Of a stretch of 64,000 nt of DNA, positions 30,389 to 41,446 are shown piece by piece; position 1 is the first letter of the stretch; the number at the start of each line of letters is the position of its first letter. The notes under the pieces were generated by a model. The model saw only the letters and a program-made list of their open reading frames with translations, was not told the DNA's origin and did not search any database. The position numbers and the translations under genes are program-made. This stretch comes from an uncultured archaeon (GTDB lineage: Archaea > Asgardarchaeota > Lokiarchaeia > Sigyniarchaeales > SOKP01), in NCBI GenBank assembly GCA_964583985.1, contig CAZOYD010000003.1, positions 35,128-99,127 on the forward strand. Reading direction: 5' to 3'.

Positions 30389-32257
30389 TTGAAAATCTTG
30401 ACTGAATCCAAAACTGAAAATCCTATTGGTCAAAGAACTTTAAAACCCTCTCAAGGTATTCTATATGGTATAGGTTGTGGTATAGGAGGATCAATATTCG
30501 TTCTTTTAGGAACAGGAATTGATATTGCAGGCTCGGGAATCCTTCTAAGCATATTTTTAGCAGGAATTTTAATTTTTTTTACTGCATTAAATTATGCTGA
30601 ATTATCAACAAGCTTACCTATGGCAGGAGGGTCGTATAATTTCAGCAAGGAGGGATTAGGAGGTTTTTTAGCTTTTATAATTGGGTTCTTTTTATGGATA
30701 GGAAATATTTCAGCTTGTTCTTTTTCAGCTCGAGCTTTTTCTTTAACAATTGAAGAAGTATTAAAAAGATTGGGAATATTCATTCCTTCTTTCTATTATG
30801 TATTATTAGCAATTATTGTAATCATTTTTATAAGTTTGGTACTTTTCAGAACTCAAAAAATAGCAACTAAATCACTTATATATTTGACAATAATTCTACT
30901 TGCAATATTTGGAATTTTTATATTTTCAGGATTAGTCATATCACAATTTATTTATAATTTTAATCTCACTATCCTCTCACAACCACTAAATCCAATTGGA
31001 ATTGTCTCTGCACTCCCTTTACTTTTTATTTTCTTTATTCCTATAATTTCTAATTTAGCTTACTTAAATTCTAGTTTAAAAAATCCATCAAAAAATATCC
31101 CAAAAGTTAATATTTTAGCTATTGTATTAGCATTAATGATTTATCTAACAATTGCTTTTGTCGTTTTAGTGAATATTACTTATCCGCATTCTGAATTAGC
31201 TGATGCTCCATTATTATTACCTATAATATTGGAAAATATTTTAGGTCCCATCGGTTTTTTTGTAATGGTTTTTGCAGCTTTAATATCTACAATGATAGCA
31301 ATTAATGGAGCTTTAGGATCTGGCGTCAGTATCATTACAGCTTTAGCGCGCGATCGTTTTCTTCCAAAAAAATTTGAAGAAGTAAAAAAGAGAACTCAAT
31401 CACCTGTGTTTGCATTGCTTCTTACAGTGGTGATAGCAATAATCTTTACTTATTTTGCTGGAATCGGATTAGCAGCCGAAACTACCACCTTTATTTACTT
31501 TTTTGGTCTTGCTTTTGTGAATTATGCTGCGTTAAAATTGAGAAAAAAGAGAAAAGAATTAGATAGACCCTTTAAAGCACCTTTTTTTCCAATACTACCA
31601 TATATCATTAGCGGAACTTTCTTGATATTTGCATTATTTTTCTTTTCTACTGAAGCAGTTATGTTAGGATTGATCATTCTTTCTATTGGTATAGGATATT
31701 TTCTATTAACTATTAGTGATAGGGCATCAAAATCCTTGACTTTGGCGGGAATTAAATCATTATTGGCTATTATCATCAGTTTTATCATTTGGGCAATTAA
31801 TAATTTTACTACTCCTAGTCTTCAATTTTTAATAATTAATAGAGTCCTGGTAGGGATAATCATCTTCATAGTTGGAACTGTCATTTTTGATATCATTCCA
31901 CTAAGAGAAGTAGTATATTTTTTCATTAAGAAAGTTGATAAAGGAAAAGTCGCAATCAATCTTGGAAGTAGTCAAATCATAGAACCCGGGAAAACACGAT
32001 CCAAGTTTATCAACATGATAAATTACGCTTTTGCCCTATTGGAAATCATTTCTGGTATCATCATTTTTACACTTGCTTTTCTAATATTTAATGGAGAGAT
32101 TATTATTACAGAACTCACCATTGGATCCACAATCATCCCTCAAATAACCATAAATTACCTTTTCAATTCAATTTTAGTTATTTTTGGCATTGTGCTTATA
32201 TTAAGTGGCATATTGTTATGGTATACTAATAGGGAATTAAAATCAATTGGAATCTAG
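30389..32257 (+). CDS. APC-family amino acid permease with extra C-terminal TM helices
   Basis: GIGGSIF, YAELST..P.AGGSY, ALARD..LP and RPFKAP motifs. Confidence 0.88.
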   Translation: MKILTESKTENPIGQRTLKPSQGILYGIGCGIGGSIFVLLGTGIDIAGSGILLSIFLAGILIFFTALNYAELSTSLPMAGGSYNFSKEGLGGFLAFIIGFFLWIGNISACSFSARAFSLTIEEVLKRLGIFIPSFYYVLLAIIVIIFISLVLFRTQKIATKSLIYLTIILLAIFGIFIFSGLVISQFIYNFNLTILSQPLNPIGIVSALPLLFIFFIPIISNLAYLNSSLKNPSKNIPKVNILAIVLALMIYLTIAFVVLVNITYPHSELADAPLLLPIILENILGPIGFFVMVFAALISTMIAINGALGSGVSIITALARDRFLPKKFEEVKKRTQSPVFALLLTVVIAIIFTYFAGIGLAAETTTFIYFFGLAFVNYAALKLRKKRKELDRPFKAPFFPILPYIISGTFLIFALFFFSTEAVMLGLIILSIGIGYFLLTISDRASKSLTLAGIKSLLAIIISFIIWAINNFTTPSLQFLIINRVLVGIIIFIVGTVIFDIIPLREVVYFFIKKVDKGKVAINLGSSQIIEPGKTRSKFINMINYAFALLEIISGIIIFTLAFLIFNGEIIITELTIGSTIIPQITINYLFNSILVIFGIVLILSGILLWYTNRELKSIGI

Positions 32258-32266
32258 TTTAAAAAA

Positions 32267-33010
32267 ATGAAAATTCCAAGAATTAACCTACATATTCATT
32301 CTACTTATTCTGATGGTAAAAGCACTATTGAAAAGATTATAAAAAAGGCTTTATCAGAATGTTTAGAATGTATAGCAATAACTGATCATTTCACCAATTC
32401 ATGGAAAGCTAACATAATTCCAAATTTAGATACAATTTCGAAAATTAATAAGTATCGAAGCGAAATTTCATTATATCAATCTAATTTAGAGAAACGAAAC
32501 GAAAAGCTTCAAGTACTTACTGGAGTTGAAATTGATTTAGGAAGCTCTAAGGAATATATCTTGAAACATATAAAACCAGAAGTTTACGATATCATATTGT
32601 TTGAATATCTCGAATCCCTTGAGTCGATTGCATTTATTAAATCTCTTTTGGGTTCATGGAAAAAACAAAAATCATTAAATAAACGATTTCCTTTATTTGG
32701 AATTGCACACATCGATCCCTCATATTTTCTTCATCAAGGACTCCAAGTTTTGATGAATTTTCTACTAGAGAATGATATTTTTATTGAATTTAATTCCAAC
32801 TATTCACAATATTATTCTAGAACATATAGTTTGTTTTATGAAAAAATAAAAGAAGCAGGAATCCTAGTTTCAATTGGTTGCGATTCTCATGATACAAACC
32901 GACTTGTTGATATCAATGGACCTTGGGAAGCAATAAATGATTATTTGCTTCAAGATAATTTATTTAAACTGATCAAAAAAGTAAATAGTATTGAAAGAAT
33001 GCGGAATTAA
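32267..33010 (+). CDS. PHP-domain phosphoesterase
   Basis: NLHIHSTYSDG, ITDH, GVEID and GCDSH motifs. Confidence 0.85.
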   Translation: MKIPRINLHIHSTYSDGKSTIEKIIKKALSECLECIAITDHFTNSWKANIIPNLDTISKINKYRSEISLYQSNLEKRNEKLQVLTGVEIDLGSSKEYILKHIKPEVYDIILFEYLESLESIAFIKSLLGSWKKQKSLNKRFPLFGIAHIDPSYFLHQGLQVLMNFLLENDIFIEFNSNYSQYYSRTYSLFYEKIKEAGILVSIGCDSHDTNRLVDINGPWEAINDYLLQDNLFKLIKKVNSIERMRN

Positions 33011-33017
33011 TGATAAT

Positions 33018-33410
33018 TTAATTTAAAAATCTTTTTAAATTTTCAACGAAATTTTTAAACCCTCTTTCAAAAGCTATATCAAGTAATAATTCGCTTTCAT
33101 CCTTTGGGGTTTTTAGTACTTTTTTTGAAGTTTTGTTGCATGAAGCAAAAATTTCTTTTGTGGCTATTATTTTTTCATTAAGAGAGGTATTAGCTATTTC
33201 TGAGATTGTTTTATTGTTTTTCTCCTGCCATTTTCCTAAAGAATGACAAATAATCCCTTTTAACGCTAAAGGAGGAATAGAAATATAATTACTAATTTCT
33301 TTTGATATCCCTTGGATCCATTTAATATTGTCTGGATTCAACTTTACTTTGATATAATCATATTCGATATTTTTTAAATCAGTCTTATTAAAATTAATTG
33401 CATAAGTCAT
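33018..33410 (-). CDS. Hypothetical protein
   Basis: 130-aa ORF filling the intergenic space, with an AGGTG RBS-like motif upstream. Confidence 0.55.
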   Translation of the reverse strand: MTYAINFNKTDLKNIEYDYIKVKLNPDNIKWIQGISKEISNYISIPPLALKGIICHSLGKWQEKNNKTISEIANTSLNEKIIATKEIFASCNKTSKKVLKTPKDESELLLDIAFERGFKNFVENLKRFLN

Positions 33411-33605
33411 ACATGTACACCTAACCCAATACTCTAAATAGAGTAGTAATTATATATTGATCGTTGTTAAATATAAAGATTAAGGAACAAGAGTTCCCAA
33501 TTAACAATAATGTTAAATGTATATAAATATCCCTATTTTATTTGCCATATTATTAAATATTGCGAAAATAAGAATATTTATTTTTCTCAAATTTATACTC
33601 GTCAT

Positions 33606-34361
33606 ATGGAATTAGAAAAAAGGATAGATTTAGCTGCAAAATGGATTTTTGAATCACATAATTTAGTTATTTTTACTGGAGCGGGAATTTCAACGGATAG
33701 TGGATTACCCGATTATAGAGGACCAGATGGAGTATGGACTAGACGAGATATGGGTTTACCTCCTCCAAAATCTCCACCATGGGATCAAGTAAAACCAAAT
33801 CAAGGGCACTATCTCATTGTAGAACTCCTTAAAATGGGTAAATTAGACTACTTAATATCTCAAAATGTTGATGGATTACACGTAAAATCAGGGATACCTT
33901 TTGATAAAATAGGAGAACTACATGGAAACATGTATTTTATGAAATGTTTGGAATGTAACCAAAAAATGACTTTTGAAGAAGTTGGATGGGATAAACAAAA
34001 ATGGGGTCAAGGGTATCTCTCAAATAGGGTGAAAAATGGTCAACCAAACTGTCCTAAATGTGGTGGAAGAGTCGTATCAAGTATTGTAAATTTTGGAGAT
34101 CCATTACCTGGAGATGTATTAGAAGAATCATTTAGAAGATCTGAGAAATCAGATGTTTTTTTTGTAATTGGTTCTTCTTTAGTCGTGAGTCCTGCAGCAC
34201 TAATGCCAAGAAATGCCCAGCAGAGTGGTGCTAAATTAATAATTTTGAACCGTGGAGAGATTCCTCCATACTTTAAGCCAGATCTAAGATTTAATGAAGA
34301 TATTGTCGAAGTCCTTCCGTTAATTGTCGATAAAGTCAAAAAAAAGATGGTATCAACCTAA
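33606..34361 (+). CDS. NAD-dependent deacylase, sirtuin (class IV/SIRT6-like motifs)
   Basis: [30 protein letters not shown], ELHGN, CxxC/CxxC and GSSL. Likely start is ATG 33606. Confidence 0.9.
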   Translation: [251 protein letters not shown]

Positions 34362-34510
34362 ATTCATGAAATTGAAATTGATCGATTAACAAATTTTAAA
34401 AGCTTGCTTTATATTATAGAAATAAAATTTGATAGAGTGAGAGTTTTTAAGAAGGCGGAATTGATTAATTGACGTAGAATAACACAGTTCTAAAGTTATA
34501 GATGATGGAG

Positions 34511-36154
34511 TTAGATGAGTTTCCCATAAATATCTGCATTTTTATTAAATTCTTTAGCTACTTTTCTTCCATCCTTACTTGATAATGAGAGTGACATTTC
34601 AGCATTCCTACTCAATGATCCAGAAAAAATTAATCGATCTCCCGAATAAAGCACAATATTTTTACTCGCATAAACCTGGTCTGCTCTAATCTTAACTTTT
34701 TGATTAAACACTTGAATATCCAGTTCGATATGATTATCATTGTAATTTCTATCGTAATCATCAAACCTATTTTGTCTTCTTGAGCGCGAAGGATTTATTG
34801 GATTGACTACAATATCTTGTCCGAAAGAATACATTTCATATTCCAATTCGTTCGTTAAGAAATCCCTTACTTCAATAACCGGTCTTGCAAGGTCCTTATC
34901 ACGGAATCCATGGGGGACTTTTACCGTCATCTTAATGGTCAATACTTTTGCAATATCTCCGGATTCAATAAAAATGATCGTATCTATTATTGAGGGAAGC
35001 ATTCCAAGTTCAATTCTCCCTATAAATCTTTGGATGGCATCAATAGCAGAAGCAGAATGCACAACTCCCACCATTCCCACTCCGGATAATCTAAAATCAG
35101 AGAAGATCTGGAAATCTTTTGTAGTACGTACTTCATCAAAAATCGTGAAATCAGGACGCACGAGAAGTAAAATATCTGCTGAATTCTCAAGACTCCCTTC
35201 TAACTTGGTATATTGTGTAATTTCGGGATCAACTTGCAGATCTCTCACGCTTTCAAGAGTTTTTACAATTTTACCCTTCTTTGAGTAATAATTAGCTAAT
35301 GCTGCTGAAAAGGTGCTTTTTCCTGCACCTGGTGAACCAGCAACTAAAATTCCTTCAGCCTTAGTTAGGCGTTTCTTAAGTCTACTATTGATTGTATAAT
35401 CTTTTAACGTCAAGCTGACTATTGGTCGTACTGCTGTTATTTCGATATCTTTTGAAAAAGGAGGTCTTGTTATTACAATCCTGAATTCTCGTAATTGAGC
35501 GACTACAGCTCCAAATTTTTGTATTTCTAAAAAAGAATGCGGATCTTCCCGTACATATTCTACAATTTCTATAGCTATTTCTTCAATCAATTTTTTGTTA
35601 ATAATATCTAATCCTACTTGTTCCATGAACCAATTTCCAGGACTACCTTTTTTAGCATAAGCTGGTAACCCTCTCTTTAAATGGATGCTCATCGTATTTT
35701 CATCAAAATAATCCAAAATTTTCAAGCGCGAAGTTCCAAATTTTGAAGGAGATCTTTTTTCTTTGACTTGCATTATCTCCATTCCTTCAAAGACCCCAAC
35801 ATCTCCTTGAATTCTATCAGCAGTAATTAATATGGCATTATTTTCACGAGCTCCAATTCTGATTAAAGAATCTAATTCTCCTCCTGGTGCCATCTTTATC
35901 TCTTCTCGAGTGGGGCGATGACCAATAAGATTAAGAGTTATTATTCCCTCATTGTGAAGCTGTCTTAATTTTTTTAGGACACTTAAACCAAAAAAGCCTA
36001 TTTCTTTTTGAACATTCGTTCGATATTCAACCTCAGCTACTACGATATTTGAGACGTAAATTTCAGGATGTTCTCCGAGATCACCATCTTCAATTAAATC
36101 TATAATTCTCCCGTTAAAAATCACCGATGTATCGCAAGCAAATTTATCTGGCAT
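34511..36154 (-). CDS. PINc/VapC-family ATPase (PINA, Holliday-junction branch-migration ATPase)
   Basis: N-terminal PIN (DTS), GSPGAGKST, LLVRPDFTIFDEVR, GVGMVGVVH and DLARPVIEV. Start is 36154 or 36166. Confidence 0.88.
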   Translation of the reverse strand: MPDKFACDTSVIFNGRIIDLIEDGDLGEHPEIYVSNIVVAEVEYRTNVQKEIGFFGLSVLKKLRQLHNEGIITLNLIGHRPTREEIKMAPGGELDSLIRIGARENNAILITADRIQGDVGVFEGMEIMQVKEKRSPSKFGTSRLKILDYFDENTMSIHLKRGLPAYAKKGSPGNWFMEQVGLDIINKKLIEEIAIEIVEYVREDPHSFLEIQKFGAVVAQLREFRIVITRPPFSKDIEITAVRPIVSLTLKDYTINSRLKKRLTKAEGILVAGSPGAGKSTFSAALANYYSKKGKIVKTLESVRDLQVDPEITQYTKLEGSLENSADILLLVRPDFTIFDEVRTTKDFQIFSDFRLSGVGMVGVVHSASAIDAIQRFIGRIELGMLPSIIDTIIFIESGDIAKVLTIKMTVKVPHGFRDKDLARPVIEVRDFLTNELEYEMYSFGQDIVVNPINPSRSRRQNRFDDYDRNYNDNHIELDIQVFNQKVKIRADQVYASKNIVLYSGDRLIFSGSLSRNAEMSLSLSSKDGRKVAKEFNKNADIYGKLI

Positions 36155-36761
36155 AGTCTTCTTCATTTATTTCTACGTTATTTATAATTTCGAACTTATT
36201 AACGCTATAATATATTGCTCTACTCAAGCGATCAACTGTAGCAACTATGAGATCTTTTCTCGAACTAAGGGCTACTCTTGAAATCTTGTCAAGATCTCGT
36301 AATTCGATAGGACTCCCCTCAAATACAGGATAAATGAGATATCGAGCGGATTCATTTTCAAAATCGGCACCTCGCTTGAAAACTCGAAATTCAATACCAT
36401 CTCCATATCCGCTACGCACAAGATAACCTCTTTTTCTTAAATCCATGTAAATGATATATTTATGCCATAAATGATCATCATATTGTGAAAAATGTGTTAA
36501 AAGAGCTTCAAAATCGTAAACATCATTGTTTTTATCATTATCAATATAAATTAATAATCGCTTTCTTTCAGATAATAATAAGACTTCGACAGGATTAAGA
36601 CTCAACTTTTCGGTATCTGGTTCTTCCTTTTCTAATTCTCCTATGTAAGAATTATAATAGAATTCTTGAATTGCTTCAGGATCAGAAACAATAACTCTAT
36701 CTTTGCTGAGAATCCCTTCTACTTGCGTTTTCTCAGCTTTGTCATTTAATTTTTCTGTCAT
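36144..36761 (-). CDS. endA: tRNA-splicing endonuclease subunit
   Basis: LSLNPVEVLLL, YMDLRKRGY.VRSG and RVALSSRKDLIVA motifs. Confidence 0.75.
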   Translation of the reverse strand: MTEKLNDKAEKTQVEGILSKDRVIVSDPEAIQEFYYNSYIGELEKEEPDTEKLSLNPVEVLLLSERKRLLIYIDNDKNNDVYDFEALLTHFSQYDDHLWHKYIIYMDLRKRGYLVRSGYGDGIEFRVFKRGADFENESARYLIYPVFEGSPIELRDLDKISRVALSSRKDLIVATVDRLSRAIYYSVNKFEIINNVEINEEDYAR

Positions 36762-36836
36762 TATCTATGTATATCAATAATACTTCATGTCTAAAGAATT
36801 TTATCTATAGAGATTATTTAGCACAAAGAAAAAAAA

Positions 36837-37718
36837 TTATAGGGATCGCTTTAAAATAAAATCTACCATAGGTCCTAATTTTTTCACGTTGTCATAAATC
36901 TTGGGAGCTTTTTCAATCAAATAATCTTTAAAAGCATCCCAACTCTCGATCTTATCACTTGGAGCTTCAGAGATAAGGGATTTTATCTCTTGAAAATCAC
37001 TGGTATTGACCAACTGGTCATTTATTCTGTTTGATAAATCAGTCATGAAAAAGAGATAATAATCGTTAAGATCCCAGGGATTCATGACATTATCGGGTTT
37101 ATTTCCATCACCAGTTTGTCTTCCTCGTAATAACCTCGTATCGACCATTGTCGGTAGAATTTGATTAAACGTGATATTTTCTTTTTTATACTCCAATACC
37201 AAGGATCTTTGTAAACCAATCGTCGCATATTTACTAGCCGTGTACGCAGCAAATTTTGGCATCGCATTAGGATATGCTGCGCTACCAGTAATTAAAAAGC
37301 GTGCTTTAAAATTTTTATCATCTTTTTTCATATAAGGATAGCAAGCTTTAAATGTATAATATACGCCAATAATATTGACATTAATGATGTTAGAAAATCT
37401 CTCATTATCAAATTCATGAGTAGATCCCATTCTTGATGCTCCAGCATTAGCAATCACTCCATTAAAGAATCCTAATTCCTCATTAAAAAATGCAAAAGCT
37501 GAAGCAACGTCCTCATATTTGGTAATATCTGCACTTTTTATTGATATTTTTATATTTAGGGATAGCTCTTCTATCTCTTTTTTAGTTTGTTCGAGTTCTT
37601 CGATGGTTCTTGACAATAATCCTAGGTTTGATCCTTCTTTAGCACAAGCTATAGCGACAGATTTTCCGATTCCTCGACCAGCACCAGTGATAACAATATT
37701 TTTTTCTTTCAAAAGCAT
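36837..37718 (-). CDS. Short-chain dehydrogenase/reductase
   Basis: TGAGRGIG, NAG and YTASK motifs. Confidence 0.9.
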   Translation of the reverse strand: MLLKEKNIVITGAGRGIGKSVAIACAKEGSNLGLLSRTIEELEQTKKEIEELSLNIKISIKSADITKYEDVASAFAFFNEELGFFNGVIANAGASRMGSTHEFDNERFSNIINVNIIGVYYTFKACYPYMKKDDKNFKARFLITGSAAYPNAMPKFAAYTASKYATIGLQRSLVLEYKKENITFNQILPTMVDTRLLRGRQTGDGNKPDNVMNPWDLNDYYLFFMTDLSNRINDQLVNTSDFQEIKSLISEAPSDKIESWDAFKDYLIEKAPKIYDNVKKLGPMVDFILKRSL

Positions 37719-37800
37719 AGTAATTTATTTCAAATTTTTCCAAAATTTAAGATTTACTTTCATTTAATTAAATTAGCATACTTCATTTATCATATTACAA

Positions 37801-38364
37801 ATGGATGATTTCTTTCGAAGATTATCAAGTAGATTAGCAAATGCTTCTAAAATCGTTTTTATGGGGATCGGGGAGGAAAAATTAACAGATGATGGTGTTG
37901 GACCATATATAATTAGTGAATTATTGCACCACAATAATGAAAAAATACTGTTTATTAATGCAGGCATAGATCCCATGTCTCGCGTCGAAGATGTGGTTAC
38001 ATTTGCACCATCACATCTTGTCTTGATTGATACTTGTACATTAAATGAGCCTCCTGGTACTGTTGCGATATTGACGAGAGAAAATATAAGCGAATACGTG
38101 CCGATTTCTAGCCATACGATACCTGTTCACATCGTAATTGATTTCATACTGGAACAACTACCAGACTTGGATGCTTTCATGATCGGGATCGTTCCTGAAA
38201 GCCTTGAAGGTTTTGTAGAATTGAATCAATTTGGTGAAGGTGATATATCTTTAGAGGAATTTAGTAAAAATATAGATTTGCCATTTTTCAAGATTAATCT
38301 CACGGAAACTATTCAAAAGGTTGCTGATCAATTAATACAGATGATTAAAAAATTAGTTAACTAG
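37801..38364 (+). CDS. Hydrogenase maturation protease (HycI-like)
   Basis: GIGEEKLTDDGVGP, LID and SSHTIP motifs. Confidence 0.8.
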   Translation: MDDFFRRLSSRLANASKIVFMGIGEEKLTDDGVGPYIISELLHHNNEKILFINAGIDPMSRVEDVVTFAPSHLVLIDTCTLNEPPGTVAILTRENISEYVPISSHTIPVHIVIDFILEQLPDLDAFMIGIVPESLEGFVELNQFGEGDISLEEFSKNIDLPFFKINLTETIQKVADQLIQMIKKLVN

Positions 38365-38383
38365 TAATTTCATTTATTTCAAG

Positions 38384-38560
38384 TCACTTTTGATTTGTAA
38401 ATCTGTTTACGATTATATCAATTGTTTTTGAAATAATCTCTTTGTTTATTTCGCTTACATCTTCTTTAAATTTCTCTAGAAATTTTATTACATTATCAGC
38501 TTCTCTTAGTTGTCTTATATGATCAGAACCCTCTTTTGATAAATTACCTCCCCACGTCAT
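38384..38560 (-). CDS. Small hypothetical protein
   Basis: Likely start ATG 38560, 4 bp after the upstream stop. Confidence 0.45.
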   Translation of the reverse strand: MTWGGNLSKEGSDHIRQLREADNVIKFLEKFKEDVSEINKEIISKTIDIIVNRFTNQK

Positions 38561-38564
38561 TAGT

Positions 38565-39950
38565 CTACTTCCTCGGATCTTCAAGTACTTTTTTAAATGG
38601 TCTTAAAAATTCTTGTTTCATGTTAATTTTTTTTCTTACTTTATCAATTTTAAATAAAGGAATGAGTTTCGCATTCAGTTTTTTGGCTCTTTCATCATTT
38701 TGAGGGAATGAATCATAATAGCCGTGACATTCATAATATTCATGATCTGCTTGAAAAACAAAACGATTTCTGCCATAAATGTCATCTCGAAATATTTTTT
38801 TCCCTCCTTCACCTAAAAATGTTATTGGTTTGTAGTATTCTATTTTTGAAAATGATACAAGTCTCCTTGCAAAATCATGCAATAATGCATCAATTTCTTC
38901 CGAAGTTCCGAATTCATCCGTAATGATATCAACAAGATTAGATCCCTGAATCTCAATATGAGCTTGAAACATCTGAGTAAGATCTGGAATTTGACTTAGG
39001 GGTCCAGAAATAAGATAACCCATTTGTTTATCTGTAAGAGTTGGTGTGTGAGTCATGTAAAAAGCACGATCTAGTGCCATTTTCCATCTTGATGAAAGAT
39101 ATCTATCCTTGATAATACCAGCAAATACAAGAATATCAGATTTCATTACAATCTCTTCCCAAAATTCAATAAACCCATCTTTACCAATATAGGAGCATTG
39201 ATGATCATATCCACATTGTAAGCACGATATACATCCTCCTTTGATATCAATATCGTATAAGTTCACAACCTCAATTTCACTTGAGAATGATTCTCTAAAC
39301 CTCTTTATCATTTTTCCTAAGTTAGTGTTCTCGTCAGTTTCATCACTAACAACGAGAATTCTTTTACCAAGCGTGTCTATCTTCTCAGTTGTTACTTTAC
39401 CTGGAGCATACTTGAAATCTCGCTCTTTTAGTGGACCATAATGCTTTGAGGTGGGGTATCCCTTTTCAATATGATGAAAAAAATCTTCCACAAAGAGTAA
39501 CCATCCTGCTCTTCGTTTTGGATAGAGTAAATCCCAAGAATCTGCTGGATAATTACCCACATATTTCATGTTTAAATCATCACATATACTTTGCATGTAA
39601 TTCTGAGCTGTATGATCATAGAAATGGATAGATGTCGAAATTACAAATGTATATTTGTTTTCGAAAATAATTTCCACGTTTCTTTCAAAAATGAGCTCAA
39701 TAAATCGCTTTAATTGCGAACATACTAACATTACATACAATGGAAAACCCCATATTACTCCGTCTGATTCTTTAACTATATCCAAAATATTATTGAATCT
39801 TTCTTCATCTTTTTCGATTTTTTTAATTTGCTGCGCGACGTTGATGATATTGTAATCATGTTCTGGATGCTTTTTCTTAATGTATAAGATATATTGCATC
39901 GTCACACTCTCAGCGCCTTTAGGACTCCCGTTTATTACACAAAACTTCAC
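38565..39950 (-). CDS. Tandem flavodoxin-fold NAD(P)H:FMN oxidoreductase / iron-sulfur flavoprotein
   Basis: INGSPK N-terminal flavodoxin domain; second domain carries the GCISCLQC..DHQC Isf-like Cys motif. Confidence 0.8.
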   Translation of the reverse strand: MKFCVINGSPKGAESVTMQYILYIKKKHPEHDYNIINVAQQIKKIEKDEERFNNILDIVKESDGVIWGFPLYVMLVCSQLKRFIELIFERNVEIIFENKYTFVISTSIHFYDHTAQNYMQSICDDLNMKYVGNYPADSWDLLYPKRRAGWLLFVEDFFHHIEKGYPTSKHYGPLKERDFKYAPGKVTTEKIDTLGKRILVVSDETDENTNLGKMIKRFRESFSSEIEVVNLYDIDIKGGCISCLQCGYDHQCSYIGKDGFIEFWEEIVMKSDILVFAGIIKDRYLSSRWKMALDRAFYMTHTPTLTDKQMGYLISGPLSQIPDLTQMFQAHIEIQGSNLVDIITDEFGTSEEIDALLHDFARRLVSFSKIEYYKPITFLGEGGKKIFRDDIYGRNRFVFQADHEYYECHGYYDSFPQNDERAKKLNAKLIPLFKIDKVRKKINMKQEFLRPFKKVLEDPRK

Positions 39951-40054
39951 AATTTTCCCTCTTCTGATTAAATTTAATTTAGTTCTTAAAATAATTTAAT
40001 GTATAAGAATTTTTAAATAAGAATAGTATGAATTTTATGCCATTTGTAATTTTG

Positions 40055-41278
40055 TTATAACGTGGAAATCCAAATGAATAACAACCATATTGCTGCTATT
40101 CCAGCTAATAATACGACCGGGAACCATGAAAAAATCACGTTCTTAGCATAATTTATTTTAAAGTTTACTGCTTCATGGGGACATAATTCCACGCAACAAT
40201 AACACGTTATGCATTTTTTCTTGTTCCATCTTGGAATATTTCCTTTCTTAATTTCTTCTGGAGGAGTAATCGCATTTGCAGGACAATTTTCCCAACACGT
40301 AGCGCATAACTTGCATTTATTTGGATTGAATTTTACTGTTGCTTTAAAAATAGTTTTTCCAATATAATTTGCTAACCAGCGAGGTAAGGGCGCAGATACA
40401 GGTCTGATTTTGGGTAGTTTAAATTTTCGAAATACCTCTTTCACTTGGGATCCCAAAACTTCAATTTCTTCCAAGTTCATTGTGCCTAATCTTTTTTCTA
40501 CTGCTTTTCTTAAGTGGACTACATCTTCTGGATTAATTCCAATAATCTTACAAACGATTGTATCCAATGCAACGGGGTCATATCCTGCTAGAATTAAGTC
40601 CATCTTAACTACATCTCCAGCTGATGGCCCTTGGCCTTCTTGACATAGATATCCATCAATTACCATCAATTGAGGTTTAGATACAGAAAAGATATCCGCT
40701 AAAGCAGCAGAAAAATGGTCAAGTATCGCTGCTTGAGCGTGAGTTTTTGCTTTATTTCCGAGTAATAACGTTCCAAACATGTTTTTTATGCAACACGTGA
40801 GCAAGCATTGACCATGAGTTTTTATTTTTGGAAGATTAATGATGAGATCTGCGTCCTCTAAAAGGGTAGAGCTAGTGATCTCTTCAAGCTCTAAAGGATC
40901 TGGTACCTTATAGATCCTACGCTCCGTTTTTTCAAAAGGTATGCATTCAACCCCTTCTTTATCACATAGAGCTTTTATTTCACTTACTTTCATGGCAATT
41001 TCCGTCGTTCCTGGCTTTTGTGTCCCAGATGAATCGCATACATATACTTTCTTTGGATTAAATTGTTTTATCCAATGGATAACAGCTTCAATCACTTTTG
41101 GATGCGTGGTTACCCCACGTTCAGGTGGTTTAGCCCCTAAAATATTCGGTTTTAAAAGAATTGTTTGCCCTTCTTTCATTAGGGATTGAGCATTTATTAA
41201 CTCGAGAGCACGAAAGACTGCGCTTTCGACATCTTCAGCGCTTATTTTCTGTACAGCAACTTTAGCTTTATTAGACAT
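40055..41278 (-). CDS. DUF362 family protein with C-terminal 2x[4Fe-4S] domain and TM tail
   Basis: LLKPN, TTHP, PKIKTH, KNMFG and EGQGP motifs; two CxxCxxCxxxCP. Confidence 0.88.
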   Translation of the reverse strand: MSNKAKVAVQKISAEDVESAVFRALELINAQSLMKEGQTILLKPNILGAKPPERGVTTHPKVIEAVIHWIKQFNPKKVYVCDSSGTQKPGTTEIAMKVSEIKALCDKEGVECIPFEKTERRIYKVPDPLELEEITSSTLLEDADLIINLPKIKTHGQCLLTCCIKNMFGTLLLGNKAKTHAQAAILDHFSAALADIFSVSKPQLMVIDGYLCQEGQGPSAGDVVKMDLILAGYDPVALDTIVCKIIGINPEDVVHLRKAVEKRLGTMNLEEIEVLGSQVKEVFRKFKLPKIRPVSAPLPRWLANYIGKTIFKATVKFNPNKCKLCATCWENCPANAITPPEEIKKGNIPRWNKKKCITCYCCVELCPHEAVNFKINYAKNVIFSWFPVVLLAGIAAIWLLFIWISTL

Positions 41279-41446
41279 GAGAATTTTCTTTTTTTTCTGT
41301 TAAACTCATATACAGTATGTTCATGTTTATTAGCATTTTAAGGTTGCTTTTAAGATTTAAAACTTAGATTGAAATTTCTCTTAAAATATCTTATTATATC
41401 TTTTTAAAATGAAATAGAAAAAGAAATTAAAATTACGTTATGATTT

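Noticed and set aside
37801-38364. A hydrogenase operon around the maturation protease
   Set aside because: No [NiFe] large or small subunit genes in the window.
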